A DNA stretch of 64,000 bases, taken from positions 160,001-224,000 of the forward strand of contig JBBIGR010000001.1 of the NCBI GenBank assembly GCA_037447435.1, in the 5' to 3' direction. Shown here piece after piece: positions 10,017-19,936 of the stretch; the first letter of the stretch is position 1; every line of letters begins with the position of its first letter. The notes under the pieces were generated by a model. It had not been told where the DNA came from. It saw only the letters and a program-made list of their open reading frames with translations, and searched no databases. The translations under genes were made by a program, and so were the position numbers. The DNA comes from Fibrobacteria bacterium (GTDB lineage: Bacteria > Fibrobacterota > Chitinivibrionia > Chitinivibrionales > FEN-1185).

Positions 10017-10616
10017 ATGAATAATTTTTTTGCCGTTATTTTTATTTCCGGTTTAGCTTCTATTGGATTTTCAAATCCTATCGTTAACGGAAGCTTTGAT
10101 GAGGGATTAGCCGGCTTTTCCCCTATTATCGGGCCTGCTGGTACTGTTTTTGTAACCCAATCCTGGGATGGATTTACCGCAACAGACGGTTCTAATTTTG
10201 TCGTACTTCAAGCTTCGTCCGAGCTTTCGCAAACTATTACGGCATCGGCAAACGACAAACTGACCTTTGATTGGAATTTTGACGCAAAAGACTATTTGCC
10301 TTATGATGATTATTCGATTTTGACTATTTCCGGTACCGGGAAGGATTTCTCGGCAACGATAGACGTTTCGGACGTCGGAAATTTCGGCAAATCGGGCTGG
10401 CAGACTTATACATACACATTTCAAAATGATTTTTCCGGAACTATGAAATTCGGATCGTACAATGCCATCGACGACGGCCTATCATCCTTCTTGGATATTG
10501 ACAATATTAAAATGCATAGCGCGGCAGTGCCTGAGCCCGGCATGTTTTCCCTTCTTGGATTTGGGTTATTTTCTTTTGCCGGACTTGCTTTCTTAAGAAA
10601 ATGGAAAAAGCAATAG
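10017..10616 (+). CDS. PEP-CTERM sorting domain protein
   Basis: Signal peptide; C-terminal VPEPG + hydrophobic helix + RKWKK; GGAGG RBS. Confidence 0.92.
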   Translation: MNNFFAVIFISGLASIGFSNPIVNGSFDEGLAGFSPIIGPAGTVFVTQSWDGFTATDGSNFVVLQASSELSQTITASANDKLTFDWNFDAKDYLPYDDYSILTISGTGKDFSATIDVSDVGNFGKSGWQTYTYTFQNDFSGTMKFGSYNAIDDGLSSFLDIDNIKMHSAAVPEPGMFSLLGFGLFSFAGLAFLRKWKKQ

Positions 10617-10630
10617 TATAAAATCTTTTC

Positions 10631-10669
10631 TTTAGCAAAAAGGCCGCGGTTTGCGGCCTTTTTGCTAAA
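10631..10669. terminator. Bidirectional intrinsic terminator
   Basis: Perfect 17-bp inverted repeat TTTAGCAAAAAGGCCGC/GCGGCCTTTTTGCTAAA between convergent genes. Confidence 0.88.
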
Positions 10670-10683
10670 TATACCGTAGCCGA

Positions 10684-10983
10684 CTAGTTTGTTACGACAT
10701 CCGCTTTCCGTATTGTTTTTCCGCAATGGGGACACGGCAAAGCCCAATCTATCATTTCCTTGTCGCTTAAGAACAATTCAATGAGCAACAAGTCCATATT
10801 CCTTATTTTTTCATTGCAATGAGGGCAATGGAATTCCTCTTTCAACACCTTTTGAGGCTGATACGACGGCAAGCTTTCGACAAACCTCGAGCTTGTGCTC
10901 AAAGCATTTTCAAACAATGCGTCTTCGTCTTCTTCGAGCGGCGGCTGAGAAACCACACTGGGCAATGTCATTGAAACTGTCAT
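10684..10983 (-). CDS. Small hypothetical protein with two CPHC zinc-knuckle motifs
   Basis: AGGAG RBS; acidic N-terminus; two CPHC motifs. Confidence 0.65.
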   Translation of the reverse strand: MTVSMTLPSVVSQPPLEEDEDALFENALSTSSRFVESLPSYQPQKVLKEEFHCPHCNEKIRNMDLLLIELFLSDKEMIDWALPCPHCGKTIRKADVVTN

Positions 10984-11014
10984 ACATTTGCTCCTTTTTT
11001 TTAATTTTGGCCAA

Positions 11015-12664
11015 TTAATTTAGCCGGATCGCCCGGCCTGAAATCGAATAATCTATCGGTTGCGGCAGCGTTTTGATGAACGATACAAGCGCGTCAAGGT
11101 CTATCGGGCCGGTAACCGGATTCGTCCCGTTCTTAAACGCAATGAAATTATCGCCGCCAGTTGAAAGGAAATTGTTCACAGTCACGGTATATGTCGCGCT
11201 TTTATCAATGGACACGCGGTTTTTACGCACATCGACCACTTTGCTGCCAACAGGCAGGTTGTTGTCCCACGTATATGACAATCCGGATATTTCAAGCATT
11301 TTGACGTACGGCTGGCCGGCCCATTGCTGGTTGAGAACATCATAGACCATTTGTCCGGTGAGGCTTATCTTTACAAGGTAGTTGCTGAACGGTTGGATCG
11401 TATAGAGCTCACCCCAGGTGATTGTCCCTGAAGCAAGGTCGGCGCGTATCCCGCCCGGATTCATCATACAGAAATCCGTACCCATTGCTGCGCGCTGTGC
11501 ATCGGCAATCAGATCGCCAAGCGGTGATTCGCCGGCTGTGTTCTGGGCCGCGACGATTGCCGCTTTGGTCGTGCCGACGACCCGTGCGGTAAGCGGCAAC
11601 ACTCGTTGCACGCACGTGTCAACTATTGCCGCTACGACGAGGTCGGGCGTCAGGCCCGGGCCCGCATCGCCGTAAGTGGTTATTATCTGCGCTTTTTTCG
11701 CGACAATGTCGCGGGTAACTTCGTCGACGGTCAATATCATTTCAGCAAATGCCGTTCCCTTGGCATTTGACTGCGTCACCAGCATGGGGTGCCCGTTTTT
11801 GTTCTTGACAATAGCGTTTGTGAAACTGTGGGAATGGGCTGTACAAACAACGTCGACATCGTCGTCGAATTGAGACACCAAATTGACTATGTCCGAAGAA
11901 GGGCCCGGTTTTAGCGTGTCGGTCCAGCCGATGTACGGAGGCTGGTTGCCGCCCTGATGAAGCAATACCACGAACGCGTGTATTCCCATGACATCGCGAA
12001 GCATCGACACATAAAAGTTAATGGTTTTGACTTCGTCCGAAAACCTAAGTCCGGCGACCGATTTCGCCGAAACCATATTTGGGGTTTCTTTGAGCACGAT
12101 TCCGATAAACGCTATCGGAACATTGTTGCCGGGGACATATCTGATGGTAAAAGGATATAGCACCGGCATGGCCGAAGCGGAGTCCGTTATGTTTGCATTG
12201 ATAACAGGGAACGTTGCACCCCGCCAGGGGTTTTGAAGAAACGGACCGTTCACATGATTACCGCCTTTGAGAAGACGCGTGAGCTCCGACGTGCCTTCGT
12301 CTAGCTCATGATTGCCTAAGGTGCCGATAACCGGCATTTTTCCGTTCAGGTAATTCATGATCATGATTGCCGGTTCATCCTGTAAAAGCGCACATTCGGG
12401 CTGTGAAGCGCCCACCAGATCTCCAACTTCGACAAGATTGCATTTTTTTCCCCATCCGACTTGTGCAGCCTGCAAATACGAAGCCAGCACCGCAGCACCG
12501 CCAACCGGCCTGTTGGATACTTTTTGACCTATGGTGATTTGCCCGTGAAAATCGTTAACGGCAAGGATTTTCACATCAACGGTCGCGCTGGCGGTAATCA
12601 GGAATCCGCTGAAGCATACGGAAATTGCGACAGACAAAAGCGCTTTCCCTTTTAACGGCAACAT
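11015..12664 (-). CDS. Secreted bifunctional metallophosphatase/5'-nucleotidase
   Basis: NDFHG, GDLVG, GNHE, HQGG, HSH, NPGGIR motifs; signal peptide; GGAGG before ATG 12664. Confidence 0.92.
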   Translation of the reverse strand: MLPLKGKALLSVAISVCFSGFLITASATVDVKILAVNDFHGQITIGQKVSNRPVGGAAVLASYLQAAQVGWGKKCNLVEVGDLVGASQPECALLQDEPAIMIMNYLNGKMPVIGTLGNHELDEGTSELTRLLKGGNHVNGPFLQNPWRGATFPVINANITDSASAMPVLYPFTIRYVPGNNVPIAFIGIVLKETPNMVSAKSVAGLRFSDEVKTINFYVSMLRDVMGIHAFVVLLHQGGNQPPYIGWTDTLKPGPSSDIVNLVSQFDDDVDVVCTAHSHSFTNAIVKNKNGHPMLVTQSNAKGTAFAEMILTVDEVTRDIVAKKAQIITTYGDAGPGLTPDLVVAAIVDTCVQRVLPLTARVVGTTKAAIVAAQNTAGESPLGDLIADAQRAAMGTDFCMMNPGGIRADLASGTITWGELYTIQPFSNYLVKISLTGQMVYDVLNQQWAGQPYVKMLEISGLSYTWDNNLPVGSKVVDVRKNRVSIDKSATYTVTVNNFLSTGGDNFIAFKNGTNPVTGPIDLDALVSFIKTLPQPIDYSISGRAIRLN

Positions 12665-12948
12665 ACGCGCCTCCACGTAAAATTTGTAAAAAGGAAACGG
12701 AAATTTACAAAAAAGATTTGGTGTTTCATCTATGCGTCCATCTCCTGATCGGGAAAATCGGTTTTGAGTTAAAAATCAATATCGTTGGTTAAGAAACGAT
12801 GCGGATGAGATATTTTTTTCGTTATTTGTTTGCAAGGAAATTGTTTATAGGCGCGGAATCATTTTTGAAAACCAATGGCTTTCTAACGGAAATCTAATAA
12901 TTTATTTCTATTTTATGAACAACAAATCGATCATTTAGGGAGATTGCC

Positions 12949-13989
12949 ATGAGTAAAGTCAATATAATATCCAATAAACAGCAATTATATTCCCCTTTGC
13001 ACATCATCAACAAATTAAAGCAGCAACCCGTAAATTGGTTTAAACCAGAGACGTGCTGGTCCCTACCGACAGCCGCTCAAATTGAGACAATCAATCGGTG
13101 CAATTGCCGCTGTATAATGTGCCCAATCGAAGAATTATCTAACGCGCGTCCACCTAAAATTATGAATTTGCAAGAATTTAAGTTTATTATCGATCAATTG
13201 TTTTTTATCCGCGCAGTCGAATTGACCGGCATCGGTGAACCCCTCTTGAATATCCACCTTTTCGAAATAATCGAGTACTGTAACAGTAAAGGGATTTCCT
13301 CGAAATTCGTAACCAACGCAATGTTGCTTGATTCCCAAAAAGCCGATTCATTAATTCGCTCCGGTCTTTCATCTTTCAATGTATCTATCGACAGCGTGAA
13401 TCCGGAAACATTTAAGGAACTTCGCGTAAATGCCGATTTGAATACAGTATCAAAGAATGTCAGGAATTTCATTAATTTAAGAAATTCCCTCGGACTCGCA
13501 TCTCCTACCGTCAATGTAATAAGCGTGGTTTCCATAAAAAACAAAGATGAATTGCCCGACATTCTGCAATACACATATGACCTTGGTGTAGACGGAGTAT
13601 TTCTGAAAACATTCAACCCGTATTACAATGGGGAACTTGAAATACCATCTTGGGACACCGATTACCAAATATCGACATTGGAAAAAGCTCGGCAACTGCA
13701 GAATGCACCACGTCCTTTTTCAGTGCGTATGGAATTTTCGGTTGATAAAAGTCCCTTATGCGGATGGCCCTGGATTTTGACTTACATTACGGCGGAAGGC
13801 GATGTAACACCATGCTGCCTAGCCAGTGATGCGAAAAAATTGACATTTGGAAATGTTCACAACGAACCATTTGCAAAGATTTGGAATAATCAGGCCTATC
13901 GAAATTTTCGAAAAGCCATAAAACGAGGTGTTCCACCCGTGTGCTCTACCTGTGATGCAATGATAAACTATTTACAAGGAAAAAAATAA
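12949..13989 (+). CDS. Radical SAM/SPASM(twitch) domain protein
   Basis: CNCRCIMC; GEPLL; C-terminal CxxPW..GDVTPCC..CxxC. Confidence 0.88.
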   Translation: MSKVNIISNKQQLYSPLHIINKLKQQPVNWFKPETCWSLPTAAQIETINRCNCRCIMCPIEELSNARPPKIMNLQEFKFIIDQLFFIRAVELTGIGEPLLNIHLFEIIEYCNSKGISSKFVTNAMLLDSQKADSLIRSGLSSFNVSIDSVNPETFKELRVNADLNTVSKNVRNFINLRNSLGLASPTVNVISVVSIKNKDELPDILQYTYDLGVDGVFLKTFNPYYNGELEIPSWDTDYQISTLEKARQLQNAPRPFSVRMEFSVDKSPLCGWPWILTYITAEGDVTPCCLASDAKKLTFGNVHNEPFAKIWNNQAYRNFRKAIKRGVPPVCSTCDAMINYLQGKK

Positions 13990-14067
13990 CAAACCCCGAA
14001 AATCAAATCCGGCTTTTATTTTTAACGCAGTAGTTTAGAAACCATTTTATAACGTTCATCAGGCATT

Positions 14068-14916
14068 TTAATCGTTCCCAATTGTCGCATATTCATCAAA
14101 AAAACGACGCCCCAAATGCCCGATATAATAAAGGGGAAACAGGACCGCAAATCGAGGTACGATATTCAGATACCTTTTCCATAATCGCTTAGGTTCTGTA
14201 ATAAACCTGAATAACCATTCCAACCCAAGCGGTTGTATCCATGCAGGAGCTTGCTTTGTGCGTCCTGCATGGAAATCGAAAGCTGCCCCAACACCAACTT
14301 GGATGGCATCAAACAGATGCTCGTGTTTTTCCATCCAGTAATCCTGTCGCGGACAGCCGATTCCTACAAAAATGATGCCCGCACCCGATTCCCGTAGTTG
14401 CCTCGTATACGCCGAATCTTCCTGTTCGGACAATGGCCGAAACGGCGGTGAAATGGCGCAGACTATTGACAAATCGCTATATTTTTCACGAAGGTTCTTC
14501 TGCAACGCATAGAGACTTTCCTGAGTTCCACCATACAGCGCAATCGAAACCCCCGCTTTTGCCGCTTTTTCGCAAATATGCAACATAAGATCGGGCCCAT
14601 ATACCCTTGTCGCCGCTTTTTCGCCAAGCAACCTCAATGCCCATACGACGGGCATTCCATCGGGCGTATTAAGCCGGGAACTGTTAATCACGCGAAGGTA
14701 TTCCTTATTGTCGAATGATTCCATGACGCCGTGGACGCTGCACGCGCTTACAAACCCATGCTCGCGAGCCGCGGCCCAACATACGATACGTTCGGAGGCA
14801 TCCTGATAATTGGTGACGTCAACCCGGAGTTTGAGTACCGTTTGTGAAGACGGCCCGCTATAGCCGTTCTGCATGGAAGGAACATATTCACCAAGCGTTT
14901 CCGTCATTATATGCAT
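14068..14916 (-). CDS. WecB/TagA/CpsF family glycosyltransferase
   Basis: PDGMP, RVYGPDL, VGIGCPRQ, GVGAAFDF, GLEWLFR..EPKRLWKRY. Confidence 0.93.
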   Translation of the reverse strand: MHIMTETLGEYVPSMQNGYSGPSSQTVLKLRVDVTNYQDASERIVCWAAAREHGFVSACSVHGVMESFDNKEYLRVINSSRLNTPDGMPVVWALRLLGEKAATRVYGPDLMLHICEKAAKAGVSIALYGGTQESLYALQKNLREKYSDLSIVCAISPPFRPLSEQEDSAYTRQLRESGAGIIFVGIGCPRQDYWMEKHEHLFDAIQVGVGAAFDFHAGRTKQAPAWIQPLGLEWLFRFITEPKRLWKRYLNIVPRFAVLFPLYYIGHLGRRFFDEYATIGND

Positions 14917-14948
14917 ACGAAGTCCTTTCCCGAAAATTCAGGAAAAAA

Positions 14949-16076
14949 TTATTTTAATATTTGTAAATATGCCGAATGCAACGAATCCATATACCGGTCT
15001 ATCGAAAGCGCGGCGATCCGTTTTCGTCCCAGGATGCCGGCATTCAACCGGAAATCCTTGTCGCAAATCATTTTTGTCAATGCCAATGCCAATCCTTGCA
15101 CATCGCCGGGAGTCACCAACAAACCTTCCTTTTCGTCCGTAACGAATTCGGGTATGCCGCCGACAGGGGTGACCAGCACGGGCAGTTCCCACGCCATAGC
15201 TTCGAGCATGGACATGGGCAGTCCCTCGTTATACGACGGCATGACGAAAACATCCGCAAGGCCAAGCTGATTGTCGCGTTCCTTTTCGTCTATCCAGTCG
15301 AGCACCGTTATCTTATCGTCGAGAGTGCATTGCAATACGAGTTTCCGCGCACCGTCGACATCACCGTCCCCGGCAATGATCAATTTTGCATTGTTTCGCT
15401 GTGTTTTCGGAATTTTGCCGAAAGCGCGGATGAGGTCGAATGCACCCTTATCCTGCTGGGGAAGCGAAAACATTTTTCTCGTCTTGTCAAACGCTCCTCT
15501 GCGGGGCCCGATAAGCCCCAAAAAAACAAAGCGGACTTCCTGTCGACCTCGTCTGTCGGGTACGATGTCCGGTATCTTGACAGGGTTGTACAATACCGCC
15601 GACTGGCCGTGTTTAAAACCGAATGTCTTTTTATAATAGACGTCCCATGTTTGAGACAATGAAATAAAAAGAGCGCATTTGCCGAATACCGCAACTACCA
15701 TTTTTCTTGCCAATTTAGGCATTGTTGAGAAAAATTCCTCATAATTGGAACTGTGGGAATGGAGTACGAACGGGCGCCCGGTAATTATAGCTATAAGGGA
15801 AGGCAATACTTTACGTACCGTACTGCCTCGTTCGTTGAAATGTATGTGGACCACATCGATAGTGCGGAAAACACAAAGAAGAAAAAGCCGGAACATGGCA
15901 AACCAATAGAGACGCGTATTTTTCAATACGGAACCGAGGGTAAACGTGGTCAAATGCAGAATACGGAATCGTTCATCGGCATTGGAAAGAATAAGCCGTT
16001 CTACGGACATGATTCCGCCTTTTGTGTCAAGGCTTGCCCCAAGCATTACGATACGAATTTGCTTTTTTTCTTTCAT
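14949..16076 (-). CDS. Glycosyltransferase family 4
   Basis: GGI N-terminal loop; PSYNEGLPMSMLEAMA; VGGIPE. Confidence 0.92.
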   Translation of the reverse strand: MKEKKQIRIVMLGASLDTKGGIMSVERLILSNADERFRILHLTTFTLGSVLKNTRLYWFAMFRLFLLCVFRTIDVVHIHFNERGSTVRKVLPSLIAIITGRPFVLHSHSSNYEEFFSTMPKLARKMVVAVFGKCALFISLSQTWDVYYKKTFGFKHGQSAVLYNPVKIPDIVPDRRGRQEVRFVFLGLIGPRRGAFDKTRKMFSLPQQDKGAFDLIRAFGKIPKTQRNNAKLIIAGDGDVDGARKLVLQCTLDDKITVLDWIDEKERDNQLGLADVFVMPSYNEGLPMSMLEAMAWELPVLVTPVGGIPEFVTDEKEGLLVTPGDVQGLALALTKMICDKDFRLNAGILGRKRIAALSIDRYMDSLHSAYLQILK

Positions 16077-16188
16077 ACGACAGGGAAAAGATACCTGCTT
16101 CTTATAATTACTTTGTGTTTTCTCTGTTAGTTTTTGATTGGGACGCGGACCAATGCTTTTATCCGATTAAAACATCCTCACAAAAAAC

Positions 16189-16323
16189 AAACCCTGCGCT
16201 TTGCAGGTACTAACCTTACTGTTTTGGAACATGATTCTTGTGAATTAGTAACATTTGCCAGATATTTTTTTCCCAGTTAACGTTGTGGTACATTCATTTA
16301 AACCCACCTGCTTCGCTGGTGGA
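16189..16323 (+). repeat. Leader hairpin repeat, copy 3
   Basis: AACCCTGCGCTTTGCAGG-TACTAACC, TACTGTTTTGGAACATG and AAACCCACCTGCTTCGCTGGTGG hairpins related to the other copies. Confidence 0.45.
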
Positions 16324-16390
16324 TTGCTGTAGCTGAGATTATTATCTACGATAATTTTTATATAATTGCTAACAAAACCAGGGTAAAATT

Positions 16391-17032
16391 ATGAGTGAAG
16401 CAGTAATGAGCAATCCGGTTGAAAACACAAAATTTTTATACGGCGAACATATTCACATTAGGCCAAAAGGCGATCACCATTGGACCGTTTCTTATATAGA
16501 AAATGTTATCGACGGAAAACCGGTATTGGCCATGCCTGAAGCCTATGCCCAGGCAATGCTGATTGAAGCAGTCACCTTCGAATGTTATACGAATTCAAAT
16601 GGAAAGTATCAGTTTTTTACGGCAACCATAGAGAACATGAGGCTCGAAAAACCGGCACTCATCACACTTTCCAAACCGCAGAATCCCATTATTAAAGATA
16701 ATGCGCGTGTCCAAAAACGACTTATCGTAAACATGCTGGCGGAAATACACGATGAAAACGGCTTAAAAATATCGAATGCGATAGTGCGTGACATCTCTCC
16801 CACGGGATTGGCATTGACGTTTAATAGTACTCCGGAGGTAAAACCTCCGCTTCTGATATCACTACATATGCCGGTAAGGAATTTTTTTAAAAATATCGTG
16901 AGAATCAAAGGTAAATCCGTTTGGTCATATCAAAGAGCAAATTGCACGCATATGGGAATATCAATGAAAAACGACGCAACGGAAAATTCGCGTTTATTGA
17001 ATTTTTTTTATAATTACCACCTTAATGCGTAA
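16391..17032 (+). CDS. PilZ domain protein (YcgR-like c-di-GMP receptor)
   Basis: RxxxR (RVQKR) and DxSxxG (DISPTG) motifs after an N-terminal beta domain. Confidence 0.8.
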   Translation: MSEAVMSNPVENTKFLYGEHIHIRPKGDHHWTVSYIENVIDGKPVLAMPEAYAQAMLIEAVTFECYTNSNGKYQFFTATIENMRLEKPALITLSKPQNPIIKDNARVQKRLIVNMLAEIHDENGLKISNAIVRDISPTGLALTFNSTPEVKPPLLISLHMPVRNFFKNIVRIKGKSVWSYQRANCTHMGISMKNDATENSRLLNFFYNYHLNA

Positions 17033-17043
17033 AGGCCAAATCC

Positions 17044-18087
17044 ATGATCACCAATCATGTTAAATATGAAAATTCTTTGCATGCAGGAATCAAAGGGATC
17101 GGGTTTTATGTGCCGGACCTTACTATAAGCAATAGCGACCTTGCAAAATATATAGATACGAATGATTCGTGGATACGGAAAAAAATAGGCATTGCCGAAC
17201 GTCATATCGCCGATGAGGAGCAGAAAACCTCCGACCTTGCAGTTAAAGCTGCTCGGATGGCAATTGACAATGCAGGAATAGGCCCGGAAGATTTGGACCT
17301 TATCATACTCAATACGCTTACGCCGGATATGCGGGACCCCGGTACGGCTCCCCTTATTCAGGCAATGCTCGGTGCAAAAAAGGCGGCTGCGTTCGATGTC
17401 AATGTCGGCGGGTGCGCTGGCGGGGTTTACGCCATAAGTATCGCCGCCATGTTCATTATCGGCGGAGCGTACCGGAATGTCCTTGTCATCGGCGCGGATG
17501 TGATGTCGAGCATTGTTCCCTGGCGGGACCGGCTTGTTGCCAGTATTTTTGGAGACAGCGCCGGAGCAATCGTATTATCCCGATGCATAAAAAACGGACT
17601 GCTCAGCCATGGGCTTTGGGCCGACGGCACAAATTCCGATGCAACCTTCATCCAAAAAGGAGCCAGCGGCTATCCTTATCCGTTCGGCAGCGCCAATCCG
17701 GGTTTTCCGTTTTCCGAAATCAACGGCAAGCTTGACGGAAAAAAAATATGGGACTTCGGAACTTCGGCTTTCCCGCAATCCATTACCGATGTTGCCAAGG
17801 AAATCGGAATTTCCGTGGATGATATCGATCTTATAATTTCCCATCAGGCCAATACCAACATTATTATCGAAGGGATGAAAAGACTCGGCATCCCGATGGA
17901 CAAAACCTATGTCAATGTTGATAAATACGGCAACACGTCCTCTGGATCGGTTTACATCGCCCTTGCCGAAGCGCTTGAAAAAATGCCGCAGGAACCGGGC
18001 AAAATCATCGCATTGGCCGCATTCGGCGCAGGGCTTTCCTGGGGAGCAGCGTTCTTTAAAGTAAATTCATTGGAAGATTTTGTGTAG
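17044..18087 (+). CDS. fabH: 3-oxoacyl-ACP synthase III family (KAS III)
   Basis: Catalytic Cys (GGCAG), HQAN and GNTSS; FGDSAGA; GAGLSWG. Confidence 0.88.
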   Translation: MITNHVKYENSLHAGIKGIGFYVPDLTISNSDLAKYIDTNDSWIRKKIGIAERHIADEEQKTSDLAVKAARMAIDNAGIGPEDLDLIILNTLTPDMRDPGTAPLIQAMLGAKKAAAFDVNVGGCAGGVYAISIAAMFIIGGAYRNVLVIGADVMSSIVPWRDRLVASIFGDSAGAIVLSRCIKNGLLSHGLWADGTNSDATFIQKGASGYPYPFGSANPGFPFSEINGKLDGKKIWDFGTSAFPQSITDVAKEIGISVDDIDLIISHQANTNIIIEGMKRLGIPMDKTYVNVDKYGNTSSGSVYIALAEALEKMPQEPGKIIALAAFGAGLSWGAAFFKVNSLEDFV

Positions 18088-18095
18088 GGAAAAAT

Positions 18096-18752
18096 ATGAA
18101 AGCCATTTTTTTAAAAATAAAAAAGTCATTTGAATTCTATGGCGCCGGTAAAACATTTAAGAAAATAGTGAAAAAAGCCCTGAACTCTTTGTATTATGCC
18201 AAAACATCGGTTCTTATGTCGCGGCGTTTCGACCTGCCGTTTGCCCCTGCCTCCAAGGATTGTCCGGGGTTTGTCCTTTCCGAAGGATCAATCGAGGAGT
18301 TGCGTGAGGTCGATTATCTTGGAGAGAAAAGGCAAAAAAACTTTTTGTACAATAAAAATTTGGGCGCCCGGTGTTGCATCGGCCGTGCTAACGGGGAAAT
18401 CGTCTCATTTTCATTTATGACAACGCTGCCGTATCGTGACGCTTTTACTTCGGTACTTATATCCCCTGAAAATGGACAGGTTTACCAATTTGAAGGCGAA
18501 ATAAGGCCCGCCGACCGGGGCAAGGCGTATGGATACCATCATTCCGTGCAGTATGCCGAAAAAATGAGAAACGAAGGACATACCGAGGCTATTTGCCTCG
18601 TTGAACCGGCCAATGCCCAATCCTGGAAATTACATTTACGAATGGGATTTGAGCCTAAACGCGTTTGCCGCCATGCTCATTTTTTAGGAAAGCTGTCGAT
18701 TGTCCGTTGGTCCGACTATTCTATTAAAAAGAATGTGCTGCAACACCAGTGA
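18096..18752 (+). CDS. GNAT family N-acetyltransferase
   Basis: RGKAYG acetyl-CoA loop; NxxSxKLHxRMGF. Confidence 0.7.
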   Translation: MKAIFLKIKKSFEFYGAGKTFKKIVKKALNSLYYAKTSVLMSRRFDLPFAPASKDCPGFVLSEGSIEELREVDYLGEKRQKNFLYNKNLGARCCIGRANGEIVSFSFMTTLPYRDAFTSVLISPENGQVYQFEGEIRPADRGKAYGYHHSVQYAEKMRNEGHTEAICLVEPANAQSWKLHLRMGFEPKRVCRHAHFLGKLSIVRWSDYSIKKNVLQHQ

Positions 18753-19918
18753 TGAAACCAAATTTTTTGGAATATGAAATAAAGCATCATTTTTCCATGG
18801 ATAGCCTGGCACCATATTCCCGACAATGGAACAGTCTGTTTGAGCAGCAGTCGTTTCATAATCCGTTCCTTCGACTTACCTGGTACGAGTGCTGGTTTGA
18901 TTCCGGTTTGCATAAATCCGATTGTCGGGTATCGACCGTTGACTATAACGGTTGCCTAGTTGCGGCGTTGCCGCTTCGGATTGAAACCCGGAAGCTCGGG
19001 TTTCTCACTATAAAAACCATACAACCGTTTTTCGGGCGATTGGCCGACTACAATGATGCACTTGTTAAGCTAGGACATGAAATGGCGGTCATGGCGGTAT
19101 TGTGGGACCTGCGGAAAAATCCCGGATGGGAATTGATTCAATGGCAGGATGTTAAACCCGGTTCCAGCATTGAACGGTGTTTCAATCTAGCACTTGAAAA
19201 TGGATGGCACTGCATAAAATATAAGGGAATCGAATGCCTGTCGGTTGCCGTCGGAAATTCGTATCAAGACTATCTGAGCACCTTATCTTCCTCCCGCCGA
19301 AAAAGAATCAGGCAGCTTTCGCGGCGTGTCGAAACGCTTCTTTCGGCGATTGAAATTAATGAAGAAGAATTTTGTTCTTCTTCCGGTTGGCTTGACCAAT
19401 GCGCAGAAATAGAACAATCGGGCTGGAAAGGAAAAAACGGTACAGGAATTTTCTGTGACGATACGACGGGGATTTTCTTTAAATGCCTTTTCACGAATCT
19501 TGCAACTGAAGATCATTTACATTTTCACGGCATGGCAATAAAAGACAGGCTCATCGCCTTTACGCTCGGATTCAAGGAAAAAGGGGTTTGTTTCAATTAT
19601 ACGACATCGTATCTTGAACAATACGCTGTTGACTCAATAGGAATGTACAACCATTATACGCTGATTAAAAAATGTTCAAATCTGCCGTCCATTCATCTGA
19701 TAGACGGAATGCGGGGATTTGAGCAATATAAAAAAAATTACGCCAATATCGTTACCAACAATATCGATTTCTTTTTTTTCAAAAATTCATGGTTAAAAGC
19801 CGTTTTTCACATTGCTTATTCCGCTAAAAAGTCGGCATTAAAAGTATTTGCCATTTTAAAGAGACGCTTGTCGTTCCGGGTAACTTTGGAAAACATTCAT
19901 ACTACTGAAAAAGAATAG
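18749..19918 (+). CDS. CelD/BcsL-type GNAT acyltransferase
   Basis: W..L..NPF..W..W N-terminus, ADYND, YL..LS..RRKRIR, RG.E.YK. Confidence 0.8.
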   Translation: MMKPNFLEYEIKHHFSMDSLAPYSRQWNSLFEQQSFHNPFLRLTWYECWFDSGLHKSDCRVSTVDYNGCLVAALPLRIETRKLGFLTIKTIQPFFGRLADYNDALVKLGHEMAVMAVLWDLRKNPGWELIQWQDVKPGSSIERCFNLALENGWHCIKYKGIECLSVAVGNSYQDYLSTLSSSRRKRIRQLSRRVETLLSAIEINEEEFCSSSGWLDQCAEIEQSGWKGKNGTGIFCDDTTGIFFKCLFTNLATEDHLHFHGMAIKDRLIAFTLGFKEKGVCFNYTTSYLEQYAVDSIGMYNHYTLIKKCSNLPSIHLIDGMRGFEQYKKNYANIVTNNIDFFFFKNSWLKAVFHIAYSAKKSALKVFAILKRRLSFRVTLENIHTTEKE

Positions 19919-19936
19919 AAGCATAAGGGGTATTCT

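Noticed and set aside
14976..15662. 228-aa plus-strand ORF
   Set aside because: Antisense shadow of a clear GT4; no motifs
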